DNA of 24,000 nt from Rhodospirillales bacterium 20-60-12 (GTDB taxonomy: Bacteria; Pseudomonadota; Alphaproteobacteria; Acetobacterales; Acetobacteraceae). The stretch lies in the NCBI GenBank assembly GCA_002255495.1, contig NCAP01000015.1:9739-33738 (forward strand), given 5' to 3'. The translations under genes were made by a program, and so were the position numbers. Under the pieces are notes generated by a model. That model had not been told where the DNA came from. It searched no databases and was given only the letters and a program-made list of their open reading frames with translations. Below, one piece after another: positions 10,701 through 17,825 of the stretch. Each line of letters starts with the position of its first letter. Positions within the stretch are counted from its first letter, which is position 1.

Positions 10701-11933
10701 GCCCCCGGCACCGGTTTGCAGCGTGACATTGCCGGCCGCCAAAGCCGCCTGCAGGCTCGCGACCGTCAGCACCGAATTATCGACATTGCTGATAAAGCTC
10801 CCCGTGCCCGCCGTGGCGGTTGAGGGGCCGGTGGCCGCGATTGTCAGATTTTCGGGGTCGAGCAATAATTCACCGCCGCTGCCGCCCGGTGCATTCAGCG
10901 CAACCTGGCCGGTGAAAGCCAGATGCCCGGCGCTGGAGACTTCGACCATGCCGCCCTTGGCCTGCGCCAGGGTTGGCCTTGCATCGATATGGCCCGAAAA
11001 ATCGGTCGATTTGGCAGACATGATCACGACATGGCCGCCGCTGCCATCGTGATTATGCGCAGCGAGCGTGCCGGAAACCGTGGCGGCGCCGCCGGCACTC
11101 AGCCAGATCTGACCGCCGCGGCTGGTGGTGCCGCTTGCCGCGACCGTGCCCCCGGTATTTCCCGCCATGGCATAGACATTGCCCTGCGCCGCATCGAGTG
11201 CGGCAGCGGCAGCCGCGATCTCGCCGCTTTGGCTGACATTGCCGCCGCCCGAAATCGCCACCGCGACATTACCGTCCTTCGCACCGGCATCGAGCATGAC
11301 CTGATTGCCCGCGACCAAAGCCGCCGTGCCGTTGGGCGCCGTGATGCTGCCCTGATTGGCGACATTCTGACCGATCAGAACGACATCGCCTGAGGTCGAT
11401 GAAATGGATCCCTGATTGAGCACGTTGCCCGGCCCGCTGCCCGCCGCACTCAGCGCGCCGCCGGCCATGAATTGCGGGTTACTGATATCGCGCGAGGAGG
11501 CAACAAAACTGCCCCCGGTGACAATTTTGCCCCCCGCACCGATCACCACGCCGGCGGGATTGATGAGGTAAATACTGCCCGTGCCCGTCAGCGAGCCCAG
11601 GATGCTCGATTGCTGACCACCGGTCACCCGATTGAGCGTCGCCCCGGAACCGTTAGCGATATTGACCTTATTGCCCTGGCCGATCGAAAAATCCCGCCAA
11701 TCGATCACGCCGCGCGATGTCGTTTGATGGATCTGCAATGAATTGCCCGACTGGGCGAGCGAGCCCGCACCGGCTACAAAATGCCCGCCCGAAGGCAATT
11801 GCGGCGGGTTGGCACGTGCTGCCAGCGGCGTGAACACCAGGGCAACACTGCAAAGCAATGCGCGGCGACTGCAGGGCCTGCACAACCATAAATTGTTGCC
11901 TGCACAAATCTCGATCGTTGCGAATCTGTCCAT
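4779..11933 (-). CDS. Giant TpsA exoprotein (2384 aa): filamentous-hemagglutinin-type TPS domain, beta-helical repeats, two GLUG-type repeat modules, a Pro-rich repeat and a long low-complexity tail
   Basis: N-terminal secretion domain (nt ~11030-11810): LPSGGHFVAGAGSL…IDWRDFSIG…ATLNRVTGGQQSSILGSL…IYLINPAGVVIG, i.e. the NPNG-like motif of the haemagglutination-activity domain. Many GGLAG/GGLVG/GGVAG (GLUG) units follow. The start is uncertain: ATG at 11933, or a downstream TTG giving MCRPCSRRALLCSVALVFTPLAARA-NPP. Confidence 0.9.
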   Translation of the reverse strand: MDRFATIEICAGNNLWLCRPCSRRALLCSVALVFTPLAARANPPQLPSGGHFVAGAGSLAQSGNSLQIHQTTSRGVIDWRDFSIGQGNKVNIANGSGATLNRVTGGQQSSILGSLTGTGSIYLINPAGVVIGAGGKIVTGGSFVASSRDISNPQFMAGGALSAAGSGPGNVLNQGSISSTSGDVVLIGQNVANQGSITAPNGTAALVAGNQVMLDAGAKDGNVAVAISGGGNVSQSGEIAAAAAALDAAQGNVYAMAGNTGGTVAASGTTSRGGQIWLSAGGAATVSGTLAAHNHDGSGGHVVIMSAKSTDFSGHIDARPTLAQAKGGMVEVSSAGHLAFTGQVALNAPGGSGGELLLDPENLTIAATGPSTATAGTGSFISNVDNSVLTVASLQAALAAGNVTLQTGAGGKQAGDINIAANVAWSGSNSLTLSAYHNIILNAGVSVTQSGSGSLTLRADNTGDGSGAVALNGQINFAGSTGHVTIFYNPAGGYSAPVDYSAGIAVNPGVTSQVTAYMLVNSLANLQALGSNQTGIYALGRAINAAGANFTPIAAGFAGTLYGQGLTISGLTVNGTGAVGLFSSLASPAVIYDLTLSNAAIANNGVGDTGILAGDNAGIIAGVAASGTVTGHGGVGISHAGGLAGANSGMIEQSSAVGSVALTGSGDVGGLVGAQNAGTLAQDFAGSAVGWQGPGTGPSAGTSPVALGGLAGSITGGVVEDSYSAGSVTTAASNNANGVALGGLAGSVSGGNLARDLAIGIVRDTATDQNVTIGGDSGQVLGSAATGSNVYWDQSTSGLTADSAGGFGTGLTSAALSSILPAGFAAGTWQIAAGALFPYLTWQAPSAPDVISGTVSSASIGGSVQSGQVVNAVLNGKALNSLLSSGNATSFADGSYEFLLPSGSIATGKNLVLTADGGQTLLAGTTGSVAGLAIAADTVWLNSASTSAKSIFAQYLSGLGATPADAEIGATGIIPLNATNTLIFAGSGASLTMDQAVANIPNFTLALSNPTAIGQSVPLVVSQLLLEGGTVNLNNAGNAITQLAGQTGALALATSGSIDITNFGGVNGLSAAGFLNIAAVHNIIGTAPISVSGTGAQATLYADSKATDQGYVLLPGGFQIPYGTLTVFDHPPGFPNPSGVYNNVVGKLIYYQLLDSQHDLTQIAIAPGASFALNTNINLTGNFTPISRFAGVLNGFGYSINNLSITDNTGGNFGMFVDNAGTIENINFGNVSILNTATSPGGGEPIGGFGPVAGINDSAGVINNVTVSGAVTSSSGPQGRGVGGIVGYNDGTISNSFSAASVTAPNSYIGGVAGGNNGTIILSGESGQVLSTSSNSTIGGLVASNFGTISQSYATGNVSAGSGSNIGGLVAVNYATIKQSFATGTVQGGTGAGNTGSLNGESVGGLVGWNYSGPVSDSYATGAVSGGPSIGSAVTYVGGVIGLNYDTATNIYAAGAVSGGSGADVGALVGSGSVANGFFDPALSATSKAIGNGSGSTGTFTVSSTTGTARFGGFAPAIWTFPATPRALPYLAFQTGLFPGLAAPPPPPPKNPPPPPKNPPPPPKNPPPKTPTNSAAAAAAAIIAKANQLAAQLIKIGLTTRAPPAGKSTIAPKTAGSNNGVTKPLNLSGFDAGNSVMVDVALINDPTNTMLPNPATMMTTTISYDALGLDGAPINVSNSVMNNGIPTGSLAQAAQSDSAAGTSLADLFGQGGLTPTGLAPGSIIFATGVSSAGASFAGMPGQGGMQAGSFGSGSIVGATGISSAGAASINPTTVTAPGPGTKAGKGTGGTSAAPYTTDMGVQGYDSGQTTSGIYDATAPAAKGGGGGSSDPLGYGPSGLTPDSVAGTPLSNGQDIIANSGLNSVTPAGNLFSKNFNPPAPSTPSTPSTADTPAATTQAATTQAASTPGDASVNAIAPLSNSLLNANGSTGPSLGISSYSPTASLVSVTPAAPAPVVPSTPDTGLTGSTINNPNGDMALGTQTSVEATAKAAFSAAFTAVGTAVAAASGPAGQYNSADGSQTSFAGSQDYQMMQSYTVATSLTPAAPAAASPTAGAASSMFSDYISTGKAVSAIGNGTSAAADAAAAALSPGSAAATAPATPATSTGVAALISALTGIDNSVGASPSAGALAVIPASSSSATDSASSAISAALDTIIGATNAASGAAGTASAANSAGDTTSALNDAAAAAATAMAGAVTAAANPANQPLLDTAAASQNFATQTAPATDSSSSSSSSSSQAAAKTPATSSAAKTTGAASSSKVSTTTAAKPSTVATISAAAKTSSVTMPAKSATTSPAKPTVATPKITDTGSKTATGPSSIANKMTATPTTPKTSAKPTAAVGSIAAKLQPTKLTPVVVAGAVSAVQPSGASGKPFIIGITTASAP
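7224..7304 (-). repeat. In-frame 21-bp tandem repeat inside tpsA encoding PPPPPP-KN / PPPPP-KN / PPPPP-KN / PPP-KT
   Basis: Read directly from the plus strand: …ggtttttcggcggcggcgggggg ttcttcggcggcggcggcgg atttttcggcggcggcggcggcgg. That is about 3.5 units of (CCG)n-AAR-AAY. Confidence 0.9.
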
Positions 11934-11965
11934 CTTGAAACATTAGGCAACTTGCTGCCACATCG

Positions 11966-11987
11966 AAACTATCAGAAATGATAGGTT
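11966..11987 (-). promoter_or_regulatory. Lux-box-like dyad (CT-N12-AG) in the 60-bp luxR-tpsA spacer
   Basis: AAACTATCA-GAAA-TGATAGGTT. The core perfect inverted repeat CTATCA/TGATAG spans 11969-11984. It is ~20 bp long and centred ~43 bp upstream of the tpsA ATG. It could instead be a weak luxR terminator hairpin. Confidence 0.3.
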
Positions 11988-11993
11988 TTACAT

Positions 11994-12740
11994 TTACAGC
12001 GTGACATAGCCCTGAGTGACCGCCAGAGCAGCGAGATGGGTGCGCGAGGCGGCGCTATATTTGTTCCGGGCGTTGAGCAGATGAAACCGCACGGTTGGTT
12101 CGGACACGCCCATAATGGCGCCCATTTCGCGATCCGAATGGCCGCGCACCAATAATGCCAGGCATTCGATCTCGCGGGCCGTCAGGATGGGCGCCGCCTG
12201 GCCGGGCTCCGGCCCCTGTTCGATCCGCTCGGCTGCTTCGAACGCTGCCCGCCCGACAATGGTGAGGAATGTCTGCTCGGCCGGTCTAAGGGATTGACGC
12301 GCGCCACCCATGGCCACCAGACCAAGCGCATTATCCACCCCGCGCATCGGGATCGCCATGCCCTCGAGATAGCCGAACGGGGCCGCCGCAGCGACCACCA
12401 CGCGGCCTGGATCACGGACCGGCAACACATTGATCAATGCACTCCAGGTGAGCGCACGGCCCGAACTGCGTGCCCAACGCGGCAGCGGGTCGATCAGCAA
12501 AAAATCCGATTCCATATATAATTTGATCCAAGCCTCGGACCAGTTGGTGAAATGAAATGGCTGGCCCGAAGCCGCTTTCGGGCCCGAGACAAAACCACTG
12601 GCCGCCGCGGTGATGCCAAGCGGCTCGATGATAGCTTGCAGTGCGGCGGCCAAGGAGGGCACCGAGGATTGGCTCCGGCTTTCCGTGACGAATGCAAAGG
12701 CCATGGCGTTCAAAGCCTCGTCCGATACAACATCGCTCAT
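11994..12740 (-). CDS. LuxR-family quorum-sensing-type transcriptional regulator (autoinducer-binding domain plus LuxR HTH)
   Basis: The six ligand-domain invariants occur with exact TraR/LuxR spacing: W-x3-Y-x8-DP-x13-W-x27-G, within AWIKLYMESDFLLIDPLPRWARSSGRALTW…YLEG. The HTH invariants E-x3-L-x5-G lie in REIECLALLVRG. Start ambiguity: GTG 12806 (longest ORF), ATG 12740 (reported here), or ATG 12704. Confidence 0.85.
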   Translation of the reverse strand: MSDVVSDEALNAMAFAFVTESRSQSSVPSLAAALQAIIEPLGITAAASGFVSGPKAASGQPFHFTNWSEAWIKLYMESDFLLIDPLPRWARSSGRALTWSALINVLPVRDPGRVVVAAAAPFGYLEGMAIPMRGVDNALGLVAMGGARQSLRPAEQTFLTIVGRAAFEAAERIEQGPEPGQAAPILTAREIECLALLVRGHSDREMGAIMGVSEPTVRFHLLNARNKYSAASRTHLAALAVTQGYVTL

Positions 12741-12915
12741 CGGTGACACACGCGCAGTCGCCTGCCGGGAGTCATACTCACTGAGGCACTGCGCATGAAT
12801 TGGCACTCCATGGACATGATCATCATGCCTGAATAACGGGCGGGATCAACCAAAGAAAATCGAGGCTTGAACCGGACCGGCAAACACTCTCCCTCAGAGC
12901 CGTCAAACAGGAAAT

Positions 12916-12929
12916 TATTTTATAAAATA
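12916..12929. promoter_or_regulatory. Perfect 14-bp A/T palindrome in the AT-rich divergent luxR / cysD intergenic region
   Basis: TATTTTATAAAATA is its own reverse complement. It sits in the only strongly AT-rich stretch of the window (~12905-12975), between divergently transcribed genes. Confidence 0.3.
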
Positions 12930-13092
12930 CAATTTCATAGTAAATTTTCCTCAATTACATGATTTTTCCGGCCTTAAGTTGCACAATTTGGCCTGACGGG
13001 CGTATCAGACCTGCAACCGGTCGATGATCGTGATCTCAAATCGTGCAATGGCCCATTCTGGACCGCACCCGTATGAAGTTTGATAATATCCT

Positions 13093-14049
13093 ATGGCGGA
13101 GCCGCTCATGCACCCTATCAATCTGACCGCCCCGCGCCCCCGCCAGGGCCCGGCCCTGAGGCATTTGGCACGCCTGGAGGCGGAGAGCATTGCCATCATG
13201 CGCGAAGTGGTTGCCGAAGCTGAACGGCCGGTGATGCTCTATTCGGTGGGCAAGGATTCCGCCGTGATGCTGCATCTGGCACGCAAAGCCTTCTTTCCCG
13301 GCAAGCCGCCATTTCCGCTATTGCATGTCGATACGACTTGGAAATTCCGCGCGATGTATGAATTGCGCGACCGCATGGCGCGCGAAAGCGGGATGGAATT
13401 GCTGGTCTATCAGAACCCACAAGCCAAAGCCCGCGGCATTAATCCCTTCGATCACGGATCGGCCTTGCATACCGATATGTGGAAAACCGAAGGCCTCAAG
13501 CAGGCGCTTGACCAGTACGGGTTCGACGCCGCTTTCGGCGGCGCGCGGCGGGATGAGGAAAAAAGTCGTGCCAAAGAGCGCATCTTTTCCTTCCGATCAG
13601 CCAATCATCGGTGGGATCCGAAAAACCAGCGCCCGGAATTATGGCATCTCTATAACGCCCGCAAGGCACGCGGCGAATCGATCCGGGTATTTCCGATTTC
13701 CAACTGGACTGAGCTTGACATCTGGCAATATATCCAGCTTGAATCGATCCCCATCGTGCCGCTTTATTTCGCGCAAGAGCGCCCCACCGTGATACGTGAC
13801 GGCATGATATTGATGGTCGATGATGAGCGCTTTCCGCTGGCCGAAGGGGAGACCCCGGTCATGCGCTCGATCCGCTTTCGCACATTGGGCTGCTACCCGC
13901 TCACCGGCGCCGTCGAGAGCCATGCGACCAGCTTGTCCGAGGTGATCCAGGAAATGCTGCTGACCAAAACATCCGAACGCCAGGGCCGCGCGATCGATCA
14001 TGATCAATCCGCGTCGATGGAAAAGAAAAAACAAGAGGGATATTTCTGA
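13093..14049 (+). CDS. cysD: Sulfate adenylyltransferase subunit 2
   Basis: Near-colinear with E. coli CysD as recalled: [76 protein letters not shown], and the C-terminal KK.EGYF. An alternative start at ATG 13108 has a GGAG six nt upstream. Confidence 0.95.
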   Translation: MAEPLMHPINLTAPRPRQGPALRHLARLEAESIAIMREVVAEAERPVMLYSVGKDSAVMLHLARKAFFPGKPPFPLLHVDTTWKFRAMYELRDRMARESGMELLVYQNPQAKARGINPFDHGSALHTDMWKTEGLKQALDQYGFDAAFGGARRDEEKSRAKERIFSFRSANHRWDPKNQRPELWHLYNARKARGESIRVFPISNWTELDIWQYIQLESIPIVPLYFAQERPTVIRDGMILMVDDERFPLAEGETPVMRSIRFRTLGCYPLTGAVESHATSLSEVIQEMLLTKTSERQGRAIDHDQSASMEKKKQEGYF

Positions 14050-14051
14050 TC

Positions 14052-15965
14052 ATGACGATCATCGATCATCACTCATCCTACCAGACCCAGGACCTGATCG
14101 CCGCCGATATCGATGCGTATCTGCTGCAGCATCAGCATAAATCCCTACTGCGCTTCATCACCTGCGGCTCGGTCGATGATGGCAAATCAACATTGATCGG
14201 CCGATTGCTCTATGACAGCAAAATGATTTTCGAGGATCAGCTGGCCGCCCTCGAAGCCGATAGCAAGCATCTCGGCACCCAAGGCCAAAATATCGATTTT
14301 GCCCTGCTCGTCGATGGGCTGGCAGCCGAGCGCGAGCAAGGCATCACCATCGATGTCGCTTACCGATTTTTTGCCACCGAGAAGCGCAAATTCATCGTGG
14401 CCGATACGCCGGGCCATGAGCAATATACCCGCAACATGATCACCGGCGCATCGACGGCTGACCTCGCGGTGATCCTCATCGATGCCCGCAAAGGCGTACT
14501 GACACAGACCAGACGCCATAGCTATCTCGCTCAGCTGATCGGCATTCGCCATATCGTGCTGGCGGTGAACAAAATGGATCTGGTCGATTACGACCAGGCG
14601 ACATACGAATCGATACTCGCCGATTATCGTAACTTCGCTGCCGGCATCGGCATCCATTCATTCACCCCGATTCCTATCTCGGGCTTCATCGGCGATAACA
14701 TCACCAGCCGTTCAGCCAATATGCCTTGGTATGACGGCCCTTGCCTGATGACGCATCTGGAATCGGTCGAGGTCGATTCCACCGCCGATCAGGCCAAGCC
14801 GTTCCGCATGGCGGTGCAATGGGTCAACCGGCCGAATTTGGATTTTCGCGGCTATTCAGGACAAATTTCCAGCGGCAGAATCAGGCAGGGCGATCTGCTC
14901 AGGGTTTTACCCTCGGGCAAAACATCGCGCCTGTCGCGCATCGTCACGTTCGATGGTGATCTCGATGAGGCGGTCGCGGGACAATCAGTGACATTATGCC
15001 TCGCCGATGACATCGATTGCTCGCGCGGCGATGTGCTGAGTGTCGCTGACGAGCCGCCACAAATTGCCGATCAGTTTGAAGCCACCATCGTCTGGATGGC
15101 CGAGGAACCGATGCTCGCCGGGCGCACATATTGGCTCAAACTCGGCACGCAAATGGTCGGCGCGACGATCCAGGCGCCGAAATATCAGATCAATGTCAAC
15201 ACGCTGGAGCATCGCGCCGCCAAGACTCTCGAACTCAATGCCATCGGCGTCGCCAGCCTGACCACAGACAAGCCGATCGTTTTCGAACCTTACAGCGAAA
15301 ATCACGATTTTGGCGGATTCATTCTGATCGACAAAATGTCAAATGCGACGGTCGCAGCGGGCATGTTGAATTTCTCCCTCCGCCGCAGCCAGAATATCCA
15401 TCGGCAAGCCATCGATGTGACCCGCGAAGCGCACGCCAATTTGAAAAACCAAAAGCCGGCCATCCTGTGGTTCACCGGCCTCAGCGGTGCCGGCAAATCA
15501 ACCATCGCCAATCTGGTCGAGAAAAAACTCCACCGGATGAACCGCCATACATTTTTGCTCGATGGGGACAATATCCGCCACGGCTTGAACAAGGATCTCG
15601 GATTCACCGATGCCGACCGCGTGGAAAACATCCGCCGCGTGGGCGAAGTGGCAAAATTGATGGCAGATGCCGGGCTGATCGTCATCACCGCCTTCATCAG
15701 CCCGTTCCGCGCCGAACGTGAAATGGTGCGCAACATGATGGCGCCTGGCGAGTTCTATGAAATTCACATCGATACCTCGCTCGCCGAAGCCGAACGGCGC
15801 GATGTCAAAGGGCTTTACAAAAAGGCGCGCGCGGGAAAACTCGCCAACTTCACCGGCATCGATTCCCCCTATGAAGCACCGCTGACAACGGAAATTCACA
15901 TCGATACCACTATTCTCACCCCCGATGAGGCCGCCGCACTCATCGTCGAAGAATTACTGAAATGA
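14052..15965 (+). CDS. cysNC: Bifunctional sulfate adenylyltransferase subunit 1 / adenylylsulfate (APS) kinase (CysN-CysC fusion, NodQ-like)
   Basis: N-terminal GTPase motifs: [21 protein letters not shown]. The C-terminal APS kinase carries the P-loop GLSGAGKST and [16 protein letters not shown]. The start lies 2 nt after the cysD stop. Confidence 0.95.
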   Translation: MTIIDHHSSYQTQDLIAADIDAYLLQHQHKSLLRFITCGSVDDGKSTLIGRLLYDSKMIFEDQLAALEADSKHLGTQGQNIDFALLVDGLAAEREQGITIDVAYRFFATEKRKFIVADTPGHEQYTRNMITGASTADLAVILIDARKGVLTQTRRHSYLAQLIGIRHIVLAVNKMDLVDYDQATYESILADYRNFAAGIGIHSFTPIPISGFIGDNITSRSANMPWYDGPCLMTHLESVEVDSTADQAKPFRMAVQWVNRPNLDFRGYSGQISSGRIRQGDLLRVLPSGKTSRLSRIVTFDGDLDEAVAGQSVTLCLADDIDCSRGDVLSVADEPPQIADQFEATIVWMAEEPMLAGRTYWLKLGTQMVGATIQAPKYQINVNTLEHRAAKTLELNAIGVASLTTDKPIVFEPYSENHDFGGFILIDKMSNATVAAGMLNFSLRRSQNIHRQAIDVTREAHANLKNQKPAILWFTGLSGAGKSTIANLVEKKLHRMNRHTFLLDGDNIRHGLNKDLGFTDADRVENIRRVGEVAKLMADAGLIVITAFISPFRAEREMVRNMMAPGEFYEIHIDTSLAEAERRDVKGLYKKARAGKLANFTGIDSPYEAPLTTEIHIDTTILTPDEAAALIVEELLK

Positions 15966-16702
15966 CCGACGCCGACCTTGCCTTCACACTCGCCACACAA
16001 GCAGGAGATCTCCTGATCTCGCTGCAAAAGTCAGGATTATTCGACGGAAAACTGCTCGGCAAAGCCGGCGACCGGGTTGCCAACGCCTTCATCATGGAAG
16101 CACTCGCGGCACAACGCCCCGCTGATTACGTGCTCTCCGAAGAAGAGGCCGCCAACCCCGCACGCCTCACCCATAGCCGGGTCTGGATCGTCGATCCGCT
16201 GGACGGCACACGCGAATATGGCGAGGGCCGCACCGATTGGGCGGTCCATATCGGGCTTGCGATCGATGGTGTCGCCAGCATCGGCGCGGTCGCCCTGCCC
16301 GGGCTGAACGTCACCCTCTCCACAGCCGCGCCCCCCGCGCCACCGCCGCCGGCAAACAAACTGCGCATGCTGGTCAGCCGCACCAGGCCCGCCGCCGAAG
16401 CACTCGCTGTCGCCGCCAGCCTCAACGCCACCCTCATCCCGATGGGTTCGGCCGGTGCCAAAGCCATGGCCGTGCTGCGCGGAGAGGCCGATATCTATCT
16501 CCATTCAGGCGGCCAATATGAATGGGATAGCTGCGCCCCGATCGCCCTCGCCCACGCCGCCGGACTGCATACATCACGCATCGATGGCAGCGCCCTGCGC
16601 TACAACCAACCCAACCCCTATCTGCCGGACCTGCTGATCTGCCACCCCGATCTCGCGACGCGCATTCTCGATCTCATCGCGCAATCATCACATGCCGCCT
16701 AG
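15962..16702 (+). CDS. cysQ: 3'(2'),5'-bisphosphate nucleotidase (PAP phosphatase), inositol-monophosphatase family
   Basis: [12 protein letters not shown] metal-binding motif and a downstream …YEWDSCA motif. ATGA overlap with cysNC. The operon context is typical for cysQ. Confidence 0.85.
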   Translation: MTDADLAFTLATQAGDLLISLQKSGLFDGKLLGKAGDRVANAFIMEALAAQRPADYVLSEEEAANPARLTHSRVWIVDPLDGTREYGEGRTDWAVHIGLAIDGVASIGAVALPGLNVTLSTAAPPAPPPPANKLRMLVSRTRPAAEALAVAASLNATLIPMGSAGAKAMAVLRGEADIYLHSGGQYEWDSCAPIALAHAAGLHTSRIDGSALRYNQPNPYLPDLLICHPDLATRILDLIAQSSHAA

Positions 16703-16708
16703 ATCAAT

Positions 16709-16748
16709 ATTGGTTTAGGTGGAGTCACTCGGCTCCAGTAAAACCAAT
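16709..16748 (+). terminator. Compound imperfect hairpin just downstream of cysQ (possible terminator or RNA-stability element)
   Basis: Outer stem ATTGGTTT/AAACCAAT (16709-16716 / 16741-16748) encloses inner stem TGGAG/CTCCA. No U-tract follows, so intrinsic-terminator function is uncertain. Confidence 0.35.
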
Positions 16749-16760
16749 GAACTTGGTCCA

Positions 16761-16806
16761 CAAAAAGAACATAGAGCGTGTCGTTGTAAAGCGGTCACGC
16801 TCTATG
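16761..16806 (-). terminator. Rho-independent terminator for the MAPEG gene
   Basis: Perfect 11-bp stem CATAGAGCGTG (16770-16780) / CACGCTCTATG (16796-16806) with a 15-nt loop. On the minus strand it is followed by TTCTTTTTG. It starts 7 nt after the MAPEG stop. Confidence 0.7.
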
Positions 16807-16812
16807 CCCCGA

Positions 16813-17199
16813 TCATAAACCGCCGATCAACAGCACGAACGAGGCAAAGGCTATAACGCCCACCGTTGCCATGGTGCCGCCGCCGCGCAAGCGCATGTCG
16901 TCGGGTTCCTGCGCCATGCCATAGGCGTGGGCAAGTCGGCCGCCCAAAAGGATCAGGCCCAGCAGATTGAGCAACCAAGGACTGTCATGGCGCAACTCCA
17001 TAAAGATGAGCAAAATCAGCGCTAACGGCACATATTCCGCGAAATTCGCGTGCACGCGCATCGCCCGCTCCAGGCGCACATCGCCACCACTGCCAAGCAC
17101 AATTTTACTCGCCTTCCTGGCTTTGCCTACCCGGATTGTCAGCCAGATATAAACAAAGCCCAGGATTGCCCCGTAAAATGGAATGATCGTGGGTGTCAT
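16813..17199 (-). CDS. MAPEG-family inner-membrane protein (YecN-like)
   Basis: A 128-aa protein with about four hydrophobic helices. The motif R..R.H.NF.EY.P….L….E (LERAMRVHANFAEYVPLALILLIFMEL) resembles the MAPEG/YecN signature from memory. Confidence 0.7.
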   Translation of the reverse strand: MTPTIIPFYGAILGFVYIWLTIRVGKARKASKIVLGSGGDVRLERAMRVHANFAEYVPLALILLIFMELRHDSPWLLNLLGLILLGGRLAHAYGMAQEPDDMRLRGGGTMATVGVIAFASFVLLIGGL

Positions 17200-17281
17200 G
17201 ATGTCTGCTCCTCACACCGGCTTCATGCCGAATCTGACCGCACCCAAACACGCCCGGCGCCTGCACATCAAGCAATATTCC

Positions 17282-17596
17282 TTACTGCGCCCTCGCCGAC
17301 GCTTGCGCCGCCACATCGATGCGCTGCTGCAAAGCCGCATCAGCATTGGCCGCTTTGCTGATTTTGGCTTGATAAGATGCATCGCTTTGATTAATCGCGC
17401 TCATAGCCCCACCGGTCTGCTCGACCGATCGGTCAGACAGATTAAGCCCCGCGCCAAGCCCCAAACCGAGCCCACCCGCGCCGCCGGCGTTTGCCGTCGC
17501 ACCTACCTCGATATTTCCGCCCAGCGAAACCTGCGCGAGCGCCGGACCCGCCATCAAAAAGCCCGCCAATGCCATGGCAACCGCCGAATATGTCAT
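17282..17596 (-). CDS. Small secreted hypothetical protein (Gly-rich core, Ala/Gln-rich C-terminus)
   Basis: An internal ATG gives MTYSAVAMALAGFLMAGPALA-QV, a Sec signal peptide. It is followed by ANAGGAGGLGLGLGAGLNL and a probably helical tail. No family was recognised, and coding status rests only on the ORF and the signal peptide. Confidence 0.45.
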   Translation of the reverse strand: MTYSAVAMALAGFLMAGPALAQVSLGGNIEVGATANAGGAGGLGLGLGAGLNLSDRSVEQTGGAMSAINQSDASYQAKISKAANADAALQQRIDVAAQASARAQ

Positions 17597-17748
17597 CAAT
17601 CTACAATCCCTTTGCATGCCGGCGAGATGGTGCAGGACACGGCGAGCAAATGCGTCAATTGCGGCATCGGTGGACTGACATCGCGTAAGGCACATGGCAG
17701 ACCATCACATTCACGGCATTCATCTTTGCTTGCCGAACCGGCTTGAAC

Positions 17749-17764
17749 CGGTTATGCATAACCG
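17749..17764. promoter_or_regulatory. Perfect 16-bp palindrome abutting the leuA leader ORF
   Basis: CGGTTATGCATAACCG is its own reverse complement and ends 1 nt before the leader ATG (17766). It could be a dimeric-regulator operator or a 6-bp-stem RNA hairpin. Confidence 0.3.
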
Positions 17765-17765
17765 A

Positions 17766-17825
17766 ATGTTTCGCGCCGCGCATATTGATGGGCTCCTCCT
17801 TCGACTTACCCACCCCTGGGCGTAA
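17766..17825 (+). promoter_or_regulatory. Candidate Leu-rich leader peptide ORF upstream of leuA (MFRAAHIDGLLLRLTHPWA*)
   Basis: A 19-codon ATG ORF with four Leu codons in a five-codon stretch (CTC CTC CTT CGA CTT). It ends 84 nt before the leuA ATG, on the same strand. No strong SD and no obvious U-tract terminator follow. Confidence 0.4.

Noticed and set aside
4779-11933. Possibility that the TPS locus is a contact-dependent inhibition (CdiBAI-type) toxin system
   Set aside because: I saw no VENN or other pre-toxin demarcation motif and no recognisable C-terminal toxin domain. There is no room for an immunity gene, because the tpsA stop overlaps the tpsB start and tpsB abuts a convergent gene 13 bp away. 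It cannot be fully excluded without profile searches.
12864-12875. 12-mer GGCTTGAACCGG shared between the cysD/luxR intergenic region and the leuA upstream region (17740-17751)
   Set aside because: A single exact 12-mer recurrence is expected by chance several times in 24 kb when both strands are considered. There is no extended similarity around it.
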